64,000 nt of DNA from a virus, in IMG/VR virus record IMGVR_UViG_3300021197_001769, one strand, 5' to 3'. Below the pieces are notes generated by a model that was not told the DNA's origin, searched no databases, and saw only the letters and a program-made list of their open reading frames with translations. The position numbers were made by a program, and so were the translations under genes. Below are positions 1-9,493 of the stretch, one piece after another; the stretch's first letter is position 1; each line of letters starts with the position of its first letter.

Positions 1-172
1 TAGCAAGAGTATCTTGATGAATCTCGTTAAAAGGATCTCTTCTTAATCTAGCTGCTACTTTATTAATTTCATTAGCAAGATAATAATATGCATAAGTAGC
101 TTTATACTTAGCAGCTGAATAACTTAAACCTTCTTTAACGAATTTTAGTTGAGACTGAGATGAACAAATCAT
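1..172 (-). CDS. hypothetical early protein (runs off the window edge)
   Basis: ATG at 172-170 with AAGGAA RBS, directly after an early promoter; frame is open to position 1. Confidence 0.55.
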   Translation of the reverse strand, partial: MICSSQSQLKFVKEGLSYSAAKYKATYAYYYLANEINKVAARLRRDPFNEIHQDTLA

Positions 173-193
173 TTAAATTTCCTTTTTCTTAAT

Positions 194-232
194 TATACTT
201 TATTATCGTATACTTTTAATCAAAAGGCAACT
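194..232 (-). promoter_or_regulatory. phage early sigma70-type promoter
   Basis: -35 TTGCCT (230-225), 17 bp, -10 GATAAT (207-202), then AAAGTATA; the same architecture recurs 6 times. Confidence 0.8.
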
Positions 233-248
233 GTTTTTTTAATTTTTT

Positions 249-440
249 TTAATTTTTTTCTATTCCAGCCATTACAGTATCGTAAGTACCATACTTTTTC
301 ATAATAGCTATTTCGCCTTCAGATAAATTACTGAGTCTTTCTCTTCTTCGTTTATCTTTTTCTTTTCTTGACATTTTATTAATCTTATTACTAATTGTAC
401 CAACCATTTTATTTTCTGTACTACTTCCTGCTTGTTTCAT
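249..440 (-). CDS. hypothetical basic protein
   Basis: 63-aa ORF in the operon direction. Confidence 0.5.
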   Translation of the reverse strand: MKQAGSSTENKMVGTISNKINKMSRKEKDKRRRERLSNLSEGEIAIMKKYGTYDTVMAGIEKN

Positions 441-574
441 TTAATTTCTCTCTCAATTCTTCAACTCTAGATTCCATATAACTTATAGATGTATGTATAT
501 GCCCTGTATCTTGAGGCTGTAATTTACTTTTAGCTATTGCTATCTCTTCCATAATAAAAATTAATCTATCTGCA

Positions 575-940
575 TCAGTCATCGTTATCTCCTATTTTAC
601 ATTTAGTAAAGTCTGCTTTATACCATAAAGCTTGAGCTTCAGGAGATTTATCTTTCATCCATTTACCTACATCAGGTTGATAAGCACCTCTTCTAGAAGA
701 TATCTCTTTAATGACTTCATCCATAACCTTATCACCATTATAACCATACTTAGCCATTTCACCATAACAGAATACTATCATATCTGCCATAGCATCTATT
801 CTTCCATCTGTATCTTTAGACTCTAGAAATTCACCACACTCTTCTACAATCATAGCGATAAAACCATTTCTATCTGGCTTTTGTATAGTAATCATTCTCT
901 CGTCAGACCACTCTTTTATTCTTTCGTAATTAGTACTCAT
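575..940 (-). CDS. MazG-like / all-alpha NTP pyrophosphohydrolase
   Basis: EECGEF...DAMAD acidic metal-binding pattern of all-alpha NTP-PPases. Confidence 0.7.
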   Translation of the reverse strand: MSTNYERIKEWSDERMITIQKPDRNGFIAMIVEECGEFLESKDTDGRIDAMADMIVFCYGEMAKYGYNGDKVMDEVIKEISSRRGAYQPDVGKWMKDKSPEAQALWYKADFTKCKIGDNDD

Positions 941-1563
941 TCAGGACTCCAATAAAAATTATCTTTAGTATCAAATCGCATATCTGTAGACTTCCATTTA
1001 TTATCTACATAACTATAAAACTTTCCACTATCTAGTGATAGTGAGTTTTCGAATTTTGTTGACGATAAGTTGCCTTCTTTATCGTAGAAGAGAGGACTAT
1101 TGTCGTTTCTAAAACAACTTAAGAAAGGATTGAACTTACCGTACCATATACAAGCAAATGATCCTTCACTATTAGATAGTCTTTCACAAGGATCACCATT
1201 CAATAGACCAGTTAATAATAGATAAGTATCCCAAGTAACTTTTTGGAACTGATGCTCTTCTTGCCACTTCTTTACTTGAGTATCTAAAATTATTCCGTTG
1301 TGCCAGAGATAGTCTCCACCCTTATATGCTGGATGTATGTTCTCATTTTCACTCCGTTCAGTTGTAGGCTCCTGAACATGACCTATAATAAGATAGTCTT
1401 CATCTAGATCTATCTCTGGCATCGGTCCTAGCCCTTTTGTAACAATGCTTACTTTGCTTCCATTATAATAAGAAATACTATGACTATGAGATCCTCTATA
1501 GCTATTCAATTTAGCTAACTCATAGAACTTATCTTTATTTCTTGATGCAAATATACCACACAT
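937..1563 (-). CDS. class-II (Ntn) glutamine amidotransferase, stand-alone partner of QueC
   Basis: N-terminal MCGIF, YRG, GH, HP and HNGII motifs; translationally coupled to queC. Confidence 0.85.
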   Translation of the reverse strand: MCGIFASRNKDKFYELAKLNSYRGSHSHSISYYNGSKVSIVTKGLGPMPEIDLDEDYLIIGHVQEPTTERSENENIHPAYKGGDYLWHNGIILDTQVKKWQEEHQFQKVTWDTYLLLTGLLNGDPCERLSNSEGSFACIWYGKFNPFLSCFRNDNSPLFYDKEGNLSSTKFENSLSLDSGKFYSYVDNKWKSTDMRFDTKDNFYWSPE

Positions 1564-2375
1564 TACCAGGGCACCTCTATACTATAACCACCTACAATAG
1601 GATCTTTTACTTTAATATCCATAAATGCTTTTATTCTTTCAGCACAAGAAGGACATTTACCACAACTCTCTGCTGTAGTATCAGATATTCTTGTAGGGTT
1701 ATAGCACGTTAAAGAATCTTCTAACATATAAAGCTGACCGGCTTCAATTAATAATTCTAACTCTTGCTTTTTAGATAAGTCAGAGAAAGGAGCTGTCAAC
1801 GTAACAGGCCAACTTCTATTCTGAGAAGTTACTTCATTGACACTATCTACAAACTTCTGAGTAGTATCCCAATATGAGTATTCATCATGTACTTGCAAAC
1901 CAGATAGAATATGACTAGCTCCATTAGCTTCAGCAAAAGCAGAAGTCAAAGAGAATATAACTAAATTTCTATAAGGTACATAAGTAGGAGGCTGAGGATT
2001 ACCTAACACATCTTTAATAGTAGGCATCTCAATAGTAGAACCTCCAATATTAGCAGATACATTTCTTACAATATCACCTAAGATATGTAAATCAACAGTC
2101 TTTCTCTCTACACCTAACTTATCGCATAATCTCTTAGCATACTCTAACTCTACAGCTTGCTTCTGACCATAATTATATCCTAAACTAATAACATTTTCAG
2201 GACCATAATGCAGAGCTGATAAGATAACAGCAGTAGCGCTATCCATACCTCCTGAATGAGTTACAATAACTTTTTTATCAGTATCAGGTAATCTTTTAAA
2301 TGCTTCAATTAGGTTCATTTTTTTACTTTCTTCCTCTCTTAAACGTCTTTTCATATATTCCATATGACGTTCCAT
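1563..2375 (-). CDS. queC: 7-cyano-7-deazaguanine synthase QueC
   Basis: SGGMDS PP-loop, YGQK, TYVPYRN, C-terminal TCY...CGKCPSC zinc motif. Confidence 0.95.
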   Translation of the reverse strand: MERHMEYMKRRLREEESKKMNLIEAFKRLPDTDKKVIVTHSGGMDSATAVILSALHYGPENVISLGYNYGQKQAVELEYAKRLCDKLGVERKTVDLHILGDIVRNVSANIGGSTIEMPTIKDVLGNPQPPTYVPYRNLVIFSLTSAFAEANGASHILSGLQVHDEYSYWDTTQKFVDSVNEVTSQNRSWPVTLTAPFSDLSKKQELELLIEAGQLYMLEDSLTCYNPTRISDTTAESCGKCPSCAERIKAFMDIKVKDPIVGGYSIEVPW

Positions 2376-3331
2376 TATTGTCTCTCAGTCTTATCATTAG
2401 GTCTATCCCATATCATAAGACCATTAAAACTTTTCTTAGCTAACTCATAATCATTATACCTTAAAGGATTAATATCAATGCCTCCTCTTCTAGTATACAA
2501 ACAACAAACAGCTATTTTATTATCAGGCATAAGATCAATTAGTCTCTTGAATATACATTCACATATCTCTTCATGAAAATGATTCTCTTTTCTCATACTA
2601 ACAATATATTGTAGTAACGACTCAGGAGTAACATCTTTAGGACCTTCATAAGTAATATAGACATCACCCCAATCAGGCTGATTAGTCACTCTACAATTAG
2701 ATCTAAGAACATTAGTAGTATACTTCACTAAAAGTCCTCCATCTCTTATATCTAGAATATCAGCTGACTCATTAAAGATATCAAAAGTCATTTTCTCTAA
2801 GTCAACACAATCTTCTAAATAGTCAAAATGCTCAGATACTGTAGGGGTAGGATTATGTCTAACAGCTCTCGATACATTATGATTACGAAAAAACTTAACC
2901 AATACAGGTGTATCTAATGCATCGGATAAGTCGTTACCTATCCTCATCTCTAGTTCATCAGACGCGGAGACAACGCTCTCTCCCAGTTTAACCATATTAT
3001 AAGAGTTAAGATATAGTTTTAAAGATTTACTCTCGACAATACAGCTACTAGCTACATCATAAGTAATCTTAATAATACCTGATAAAGGGTAACCATTTTT
3101 AAGTAGACAAGATACTTCATAAGCATTCCATACATCTACACCTTCGAAAGGAAGATTATCTTCTTTGATATTATACTGCTCTCTATTCAAATATCTAGGT
3201 ACAGGAACGAGTAAGCTAGTATCTACATTATCAGGAGTAACATAAGGATCTACAGCAGAACCATCTCCTGCTTTACCTAAATGCTCACCTACAATTTTAT
3301 TCAATTCAATAGTATTATCCATTAGCCCCAT
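2375..3331 (-). CDS. queF: NADPH-dependent preQ0 reductase QueF (bimodular type)
   Basis: QueF motif VESKSLKLYLNSY, catalytic SNCRVTNQPDWG, FHEEICE, YTRRGGIDINP. Confidence 0.93.
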   Translation of the reverse strand: MGLMDNTIELNKIVGEHLGKAGDGSAVDPYVTPDNVDTSLLVPVPRYLNREQYNIKEDNLPFEGVDVWNAYEVSCLLKNGYPLSGIIKITYDVASSCIVESKSLKLYLNSYNMVKLGESVVSASDELEMRIGNDLSDALDTPVLVKFFRNHNVSRAVRHNPTPTVSEHFDYLEDCVDLEKMTFDIFNESADILDIRDGGLLVKYTTNVLRSNCRVTNQPDWGDVYITYEGPKDVTPESLLQYIVSMRKENHFHEEICECIFKRLIDLMPDNKIAVCCLYTRRGGIDINPLRYNDYELAKKSFNGLMIWDRPNDKTERQ

Positions 3332-4149
3332 CCATTTATATTATAGTCAAATTTTTCAATATTAAACTTTATCTTTTCAAAAGTTATCTCATCAACATCA
3401 TCGTTAATTATAGTGTATAGTTTTTGAGCAGGTTTATCATCTAGACCCCAAATATCATATTGAGGTTGTCTATCATATTCCATATCTTTTATACCTGCCA
3501 TAACAGGATTAGAAGTATCAATAGAATCAATCCATACCCAATGTCTATAGAAAGCAAACTCTTGAGGAAGACCACATCCTAATAAATGATGAGGTTTTCT
3601 TCTATTAATAATACCTTCATTCCACATATTATAAAGAGTCATTTGTCTTCCAGTACCCATTCTCTCATACTTATTCTTACCTTCATATTCAGTCTGATAA
3701 AAAGGATGATTAAAAGATATAGCAACTTTTTCTACTCTATCATCTTCTGCAAACTTCTTATAACACTTGACTAAATCTTCATAAGTCTCTCCTTGAGCTA
3801 CAGCGATAATTTTACCAGGTAACTTAGGATAGTTCTCCATAAACTTATCAAACGATTCCATAGTAGCTTCTGCTTGATCTAATACATCAGGTACAATATA
3901 CCAGGTAGGTTTCATTTTCTCTACCCATAAGGCAAACTTAACAGGGTCCCAAGCTTTACCTAATTCAAAGATAGAGTTATCTAAAATAGTTTCTCTACCT
4001 TGCTTTACACACTCAAGTGCTTTATTCAAATATTCTTTATTCTCTTCAAATAAGTGTACTAAGAAATAATCATAATGAGTTAGATTCTGTACCTTATCGA
4101 ATATACTTAGAGGGGCTTCATGCGCGATCTTTATATAATGCTGATTCAT
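3322..4149 (-). CDS. putative DNA 7-deazaguanine transglycosylase (TGT/DpdA-like TIM barrel)
   Basis: TGT-like motifs in canonical order (ILDNS, PDV, VAQG, HHLLG, SIDTS); embedded in the preQ0 cluster. Confidence 0.65.
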   Translation of the reverse strand: MNQHYIKIAHEAPLSIFDKVQNLTHYDYFLVHLFEENKEYLNKALECVKQGRETILDNSIFELGKAWDPVKFALWVEKMKPTWYIVPDVLDQAEATMESFDKFMENYPKLPGKIIAVAQGETYEDLVKCYKKFAEDDRVEKVAISFNHPFYQTEYEGKNKYERMGTGRQMTLYNMWNEGIINRRKPHHLLGCGLPQEFAFYRHWVWIDSIDTSNPVMAGIKDMEYDRQPQYDIWGLDDKPAQKLYTIINDDVDEITFEKIKFNIEKFDYNINGWG

Positions 4150-4163
4150 TTATACTCCATAAC

Positions 4164-4192
4164 AAAAAAAGAGAGAGATTTCTCTCTCTCTT
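4164..4192 (-). terminator. rho-independent terminator-like hairpin between yhhQ and the dpdA-like gene
   Basis: GAGAGAGA/TCTCTCTC stem followed by T7 on the minus strand. Confidence 0.55.
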
Positions 4193-4202
4193 ATTATAGT
4201 AA

Positions 4203-4832
4203 TTATCCTGCAGATTGTATTGCAAGTCTACTCTTTAAATATTTTAGTAGAATACCGTAGACAGGTAAGAATAAGATTAACGAAGTAGCAATCTTAAATC
4301 CAACATCTACAGTAGCGATCTCTAACCAATTAGCAGCCATAAACTCATTCGTTGCATGGTTACTAAATGCTGCCCAGAAGAACAGATAAGTATCTACTAG
4401 ATTAGCTACTACAGTTGAGATAGCAGGAGCAACCCACCACATCTCTGTAAACGATTCTCTAATCTTTTGAAATACTGTAACGTCAAACATTTGACCTACT
4501 AAGTATGCGAATGCGCTAGCAAGTCCTATTCGCCAATCAGCAATCAATGCGCTAATAATAATCGCAGGTGGAAAAGCAATAGCTATAACAGCTCTAGCTT
4601 GATATTTGTTTGTTAATCTGACTGTTAAGTCTGTAGCTATAACAACTAATGGGAATACAAACATAGCCCACGTAAAGTGATAGCCAAATATCGTCCCACT
4701 AAACTGTACAATGTAATTAGATGCTGCAATAATAATTAAATGCAAAGCAACTAACTTCATTAGTAAAGTACGATCAACGTCAGCTAAATTGAACCAATCT
4801 TTAAACATAATTGTCCTCCTATCTCGGTGCAA
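4203..4832 (-). CDS. yhhQ: preQ0/preQ1 transporter, YhhQ (VUT) family
   Basis: multi-TM protein; SNYIVQ, FTW, ATDLTVRL, RIGLAS..AYLVGQMFDV.VF, DT..FF motifs. Confidence 0.9.
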   Translation of the reverse strand: MHRDRRTIMFKDWFNLADVDRTLLMKLVALHLIIIAASNYIVQFSGTIFGYHFTWAMFVFPLVVIATDLTVRLTNKYQARAVIAIAFPPAIIISALIADWRIGLASAFAYLVGQMFDVTVFQKIRESFTEMWWVAPAISTVVANLVDTYLFFWAAFSNHATNEFMAANWLEIATVDVGFKIATSLILFLPVYGILLKYLKSRLAIQSAG

Positions 4833-5508
4833 ATTCTTGTTGAAGTTTAATATTATCGAAGAACTCTTTCTTCGTAGTCATATTGTCGTCTATAAAATGG
4901 CCTTTTAAGACCGAAGTTTGAGTCAAGGAACTATGAGCTCCTATACCTCTATTCTCACAACATCCATGAGTTGCTTGAATATACACAGCTACATTCTCAG
5001 TATTAGTAGCATTCTGTATCTCTCTTGCGATATCATTACAAAGTTCTTCTTGTAATGTACCTCTTCTAGAACACCATTGCGCTATTCTAGTATATTTAGA
5101 TAAACCTATAACTTTGTTTCCAGGTATAACACCAATATATGCTACACCCGATACAGGTTGATGATGATGAGAGCATACAGATTTAATCTCTGATCTCACA
5201 ACTAACATACCTGTATAAGCATTATCTCCTTCATTAGGGAATGCTGTAGCTTTAGGTTTAGGATTATATCTACCTTGCATTAACTCGGTTATATACATTT
5301 TAGCTAAACGTCTACCGGTATCCATGCTATTAGGATCATTCAATCTATCAATAACTAAACTATCTAAGACGCTTTCAAAACTCTTAGCAGCTTCTTCTAT
5401 TAATAATTCTTTCTCGCCTTCTTTGATATAGTCTGAAATATTATCTCCAGCCCAATATCGTTTTTTATCTTCATCTAATCTTCTACGAATTAGTTCGCTT
5501 ATACTCAT
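4819..5508 (-). CDS. folE: GTP cyclohydrolase I
   Basis: SVCSHHHQP, GLSKYTRI, LQEEL, HGCCENRG motifs. Confidence 0.95.
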   Translation of the reverse strand: MSISELIRRRLDEDKKRYWAGDNISDYIKEGEKELLIEEAAKSFESVLDSLVIDRLNDPNSMDTGRRLAKMYITELMQGRYNPKPKATAFPNEGDNAYTGMLVVRSEIKSVCSHHHQPVSGVAYIGVIPGNKVIGLSKYTRIAQWCSRRGTLQEELCNDIAREIQNATNTENVAVYIQATHGCCENRGIGAHSSLTQTSVLKGHFIDDNMTTKKEFFDNIKLQQEFAPR

Positions 5509-5536
5509 ATTTACTCCTAGTTATAGAGGAAGGCCT

Positions 5537-6436
5537 CTAAGTTCCAATTGCGTTACCAAATAAGTACACATGTACTCTTGCACTAACATTATAGCCTCTT
5601 TTAAAAGCTATTTCTGCTACTTTACCTGCAGTATCTACTTGCTCTTCTTCTCTAGCACCTACAGGCATAATAAAGACAGGGTAATCAACTCCTGCATCTC
5701 TAAATAATTTTAACACTTCTTCCATCTCATCCCATTCTCTTTCAGCATGTCCAAGAACAAATTTAAGATGACCTTTACTAGACATATCTTTATACTCTGC
5801 TACTATTTCTGGAAGAATAGCTTTATCTCTTTTCTCACCAGCTACAGTCCATAGCTTAGGACTAACAGAAAAGAATAACTCTTGAGCCTTAGTATTACCC
5901 CAATATTCTTTAAAGTTAGGTCTTAACTTCTGAGTACCATTAGTTTCGTAAGTTACAGATCTAGGTACATTACCCATATCTTCAAAGTGCTGCATCATCT
6001 GTACCGAAGCAGTCTGACCAGTTACCATAAGAGGTTCACCTCCGGTAAAACACATATCAGACTTCATACCAGATATAGGATGCTTAAACAATCCTTGAGG
6101 ATTATTTTCGTTACTAGCTACTTCCATAACTCTATTTACCAATTGTAAAGGAGTACCTTTAGACATAAGAGCTTTATATTTCTTAGCCCAAGTATAAGAA
6201 CTATCACATCCTTTATCCCATACAGGTAAATCTTCTACTCTCTTAACTGTAGATATATCGAAACTCTCAAAAGGTAACTCATAAGTAGATGTATCAGTAG
6301 GATCAATCTGACCAAAACCATTACACTGTAAGTTACATAGAAAGAATCTTAACCAAAGAGTATGTACTCCGGTATAAGTTCCTTCACCTTGAATCGAATC
6401 GAATATCTCAGAATATAGATACTCTTTTTCACTCAT
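5537..6436 (-). CDS. queE: 7-carboxy-7-deazaguanine synthase QueE (radical SAM)
   Basis: SEIFDSIQGEG, CNLQC...CDS, FTGGEP, ETNGT, SVSPK. Confidence 0.93.
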   Translation of the reverse strand: MSEKEYLYSEIFDSIQGEGTYTGVHTLWLRFFLCNLQCNGFGQIDPTDTSTYELPFESFDISTVKRVEDLPVWDKGCDSSYTWAKKYKALMSKGTPLQLVNRVMEVASNENNPQGLFKHPISGMKSDMCFTGGEPLMVTGQTASVQMMQHFEDMGNVPRSVTYETNGTQKLRPNFKEYWGNTKAQELFFSVSPKLWTVAGEKRDKAILPEIVAEYKDMSSKGHLKFVLGHAEREWDEMEEVLKLFRDAGVDYPVFIMPVGAREEEQVDTAGKVAEIAFKRGYNVSARVHVYLFGNAIGT

Positions 6437-6627
6437 ACTAATTCCTCAACTATACCTAACACTTCAGCTATAATTAGTAATAGTCCACACCAGAAAAAAC
6501 TTCCAAAAATAAGTGCAATTCCTGCTGCTATTCTAAGAGCAGACTTAACTAAACTTACATAGAAGTGACCTACGCTAGGATCTTTACCATTAGGTTCTAT
6601 CTTAGGAATCTTATCTGTATAAAACAT
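6433..6627 (-). CDS. small membrane protein
   Basis: hydrophobic C-terminus ending AEVLGIVEELV; coupled to both neighbours. Confidence 0.65.
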   Translation of the reverse strand: MFYTDKIPKIEPNGKDPSVGHFYVSLVKSALRIAAGIALIFGSFFWCGLLLIIAEVLGIVEELV

Positions 6628-7079
6628 TATCTACCCTCACTATTTGCGTAGATAGCTCCGTTAGCTCCATGCTCTTTACACTCTACAGATTGTACCCAAC
6701 ATCTACTACCATACTTTTTATTGATAATATGTTGAGCAGCTTTAAACGCATGTTCAGCAAACTTCTCACATCCCACACCGTCCATTACTCTAATACTAAC
6801 TAGACCTAAAGCATCTAGTTCTCTAAATTTATCTATATGAGGATCACTTTCTGCTACTGCAAGAGTATGATCGAAAGAAAATTCTAACCACTCTTTCAGT
6901 TCTTTTAAACCACCAAAGTCTACTACCCAATTATTCTCATCTAAAGCACCACACCCAAAAGTGAATTGAAAAGATAAAGCATAACCATGAATCATATTAC
7001 AATGACTAGTAGCAGTAGGTTGCCTAAACGCACAAGATAATCCTCTCTCATGACCATAAGTCTTCGAAGAAAAATACAT
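6627..7079 (-). CDS. queD: 6-carboxy-5,6,7,8-tetrahydropterin synthase QueD
   Basis: HCNMIHGY, WVVDFG.LK, FDHT motifs. Confidence 0.93.
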   Translation of the reverse strand: MYFSSKTYGHERGLSCAFRQPTATSHCNMIHGYALSFQFTFGCGALDENNWVVDFGGLKELKEWLEFSFDHTLAVAESDPHIDKFRELDALGLVSIRVMDGVGCEKFAEHAFKAAQHIINKKYGSRCWVQSVECKEHGANGAIYANSEGR

Positions 7080-7137
7080 TACAACTCCTATAATTACTAT
7101 AGTATTATTATAGTGTTAATTAAAAATAATTTTAGAT

Positions 7138-8202
7138 TTATTTACCGACGTCGAAGTTAGGAGATACAGATCTTGAATCAGAACCTCCATGCATATTACC
7201 ATCTGTAGTTGCTGAAGATTTAAGTTTACCTGAAATAATACCTTTGTAGACTGCTTCAGGAGTCTTCATAGCGAAGATAGTCTTCTTAGCATAATTGTAT
7301 TGCACAATATATTCCCATCCATCAGATTTCTGATAAACAGATGCTATTGTATAAGCATAAGCAGCTCTCCACTTAATACTATCACCTACCCAGTCACCTT
7401 TTACAATATACTTAAAGTCAGCTGTATTAGGAAATACTTTTGCAAGACCTTTTGCTATTGCTTTACCTAAATCTTCTTTAGACACACCTAATGCTTTTAA
7501 AGTTTTTACATTTACAAACTTATTTGCTCTAAAGTCTACGAGTTTTTTAAACTCATCAAGAGACACTTTAGTTTTTAGTTCACTGTGAGCAATAGAGAAC
7601 ATTTCTCTTACAGAGCCATATTGTACTCTAGCAGAATGCCATCTAGCAGAGTTTGCTTTTAGTTCAACATCTCCATTGTTGTACATTAAGTCACCTACTT
7701 TACCTTTAGTAACTCCATCACAAACTAATACAAAGAAACCTTCTCCTGGACCTACAGCAGAACCAGAGTTAAGGTTAAAACCTCCTCCTCCTTTACCACC
7801 TAGTCTAGTAAAAATATGTTTTAATACTCTATTTCCTTGTACTTGTCTTTCAATGTTAACTACAGAAGTAGTACCCATTCTTAGTACAGCACCCATATCT
7901 ATATGACCCGAATCGAGACATTTTTGAAGAAAAGATAATTTATCTTCTGTAGTTCCTGGTGCGTCTAAAACATTATTTTTAATTAATCTAAGATCGTTAT
8001 CAGAAAAAGCAGTATTCTTTTTCGTATTGATATCATTTAATAATTGATCAATCTTAGGTTCAGCAATAATTGTAAGGATTTTATCCATCTGAGAATCATC
8101 TAGATCTCCTAAGAGATCAATGATCATTTTCTTCTTATCTGGCATACTCATTTCAGCCAAAACTTTATATTGTTCGAATGTAAACATATTATATTTAGTC
8201 AA
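7138..8202 (-). CDS. hypothetical protein with PD-(D/E)XK nuclease-like motif
   Basis: GPGE...GDL...VELK pattern; N-terminal MFTFEQYKVLAE resembles a T4 capsid-targeting sequence. Confidence 0.5.
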   Translation of the reverse strand: MTKYNMFTFEQYKVLAEMSMPDKKKMIIDLLGDLDDSQMDKILTIIAEPKIDQLLNDINTKKNTAFSDNDLRLIKNNVLDAPGTTEDKLSFLQKCLDSGHIDMGAVLRMGTTSVVNIERQVQGNRVLKHIFTRLGGKGGGGFNLNSGSAVGPGEGFFVLVCDGVTKGKVGDLMYNNGDVELKANSARWHSARVQYGSVREMFSIAHSELKTKVSLDEFKKLVDFRANKFVNVKTLKALGVSKEDLGKAIAKGLAKVFPNTADFKYIVKGDWVGDSIKWRAAYAYTIASVYQKSDGWEYIVQYNYAKKTIFAMKTPEAVYKGIISGKLKSSATTDGNMHGGSDSRSVSPNFDVGK

Positions 8203-8746
8203 GTACGACTTCGTAAGTAGGAGCTCCTACAAACCAATTCGGAATATTACCTAGCTTCCATTTAGCAAAGGTAAACTTCTCCATATTGTAATAAGTACGA
8301 TATGCTTCTACAGGATCTTTTCTATGCCATTTCTTATTAGTAATAGCTTGAACAAACTCAGTCTTTCGTTCTTTCTTAAACTCACAATATTTTAACTGAG
8401 CTTCATAAATCATAGTACAACCTTCTAGTTTATGATTTTTATCATATCTTAGATAATATTGATGACATAACTCTCTCAAATGATGACATAGCCATTTAGC
8501 GTTACCTCTAGCTTCTATAGCCCATAATGTAGCAGGATGCTTTACATGCGCAGGAGGGTAATTAGGAAGACCTAATTGTTGACTAGGTTTACTTTTCCAA
8601 CCTTTACCTCTATGCTCATCAATATAGTTAACATCGATAACAGCAGATAAAATCTGACAAGTCTCGATAATCATTTTGACAACATGTTTATCGCACATCA
8701 TTTCTGCAGCTTTTTTAGGATCGCGATCTATACAAAAAACGTTCAT
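8195..8746 (-). CDS. pyrimidine-dimer DNA glycosylase (DenV-like) family protein
   Basis: MNVF.IDRDP..AA...CDKHVVKMIIE..QILS, H.KHP...W, AYRTYY pattern. Confidence 0.7.
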   Translation of the reverse strand: MNVFCIDRDPKKAAEMMCDKHVVKMIIETCQILSAVIDVNYIDEHRGKGWKSKPSQQLGLPNYPPAHVKHPATLWAIEARGNAKWLCHHLRELCHQYYLRYDKNHKLEGCTMIYEAQLKYCEFKKERKTEFVQAITNKKWHRKDPVEAYRTYYNMEKFTFAKWKLGNIPNWFVGAPTYEVVLD

Positions 8747-8908
8747 TTTAACCTCATTATTTGTTTAAGCCATATTTTACCTTGCTTTTGAACGAACTCA
8801 TTATCTGAGTTTATATTCATCCAATTAAAGATACTTTCTGACATTTCTAAGTTACTCTTTCTATTATTATAGTCAGAAAGAATAGGAATGTATTCTATTG
8901 TAGGTTTT

Positions 8909-9271
8909 CTAACCCCTCCGCATTGTAGCATAATCTGACCCTTTCGTATTTTTATTAACAGGAACTAAATTAGACTTATGCATAGTAGCAATACCAGTAA
9001 TAAAGTCTCCGGTATAAGTATTCTCAGTCTTCTTAACGTTAATATTAGTAATTAAGTTACTACAAGGTACACCACTTCCTTCTCTAATAAGAGATTCAGT
9101 ACGTTTATAAGCATTAGTAAACTTATTACCTTTTCGTTGAGAAGGATGAGCACCCATCTTCATAAGATAAGCCTCATGCTCTTTCTGAGCTTTCTCCCAT
9201 CCAGGTTTCTTATTCTGCTTTCTACGCTTAGTATTAGTAGTAGTAAAACCGCGAGCTAAATGCATAGTCAT
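8909..9271 (-). CDS. conserved T4-like phage hypothetical protein
   Basis: YTG...GIATMHKSNLVPV motif, recalled from marine T4-like phages. Confidence 0.7.
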   Translation of the reverse strand: MTMHLARGFTTTNTKRRKQNKKPGWEKAQKEHEAYLMKMGAHPSQRKGNKFTNAYKRTESLIREGSGVPCSNLITNINVKKTENTYTGDFITGIATMHKSNLVPVNKNTKGSDYATMRRG

Positions 9272-9304
9272 AATATAATCCTTTCGTCTATACTAATATT
9301 ATAG

Positions 9305-9493
9305 TCAATTATTGATTCCGGTTGAATGATTTTCAATATATTCCATTACAAAATTATGAAAAGTTTTATCGTCCATTTTTTCATCGCTTTGATAATTTAA
9401 AAACTTTTCGAATCGATCTCTCAAAAACATCTTATGTTTCCTTTGCCAAGGGGCATTGTTATCGTATTGGTAACTAAAACTCTTTATATTCAT
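9305..9493 (-). CDS. hypothetical protein
   Basis: 62-aa ORF with GGGAG RBS. Confidence 0.5.
   Translation of the reverse strand: MNIKSFSYQYDNNAPWQRKHKMFLRDRFEKFLNYQSDEKMDDKTFHNFVMEYIENHSTGINN

Noticed and set aside
2375-3331. QueF-like amidinotransferase (QueF-L) instead of a true reductase
   Set aside because: The NADPH-binding QueF motif is intact and the protein is the long bimodular form.
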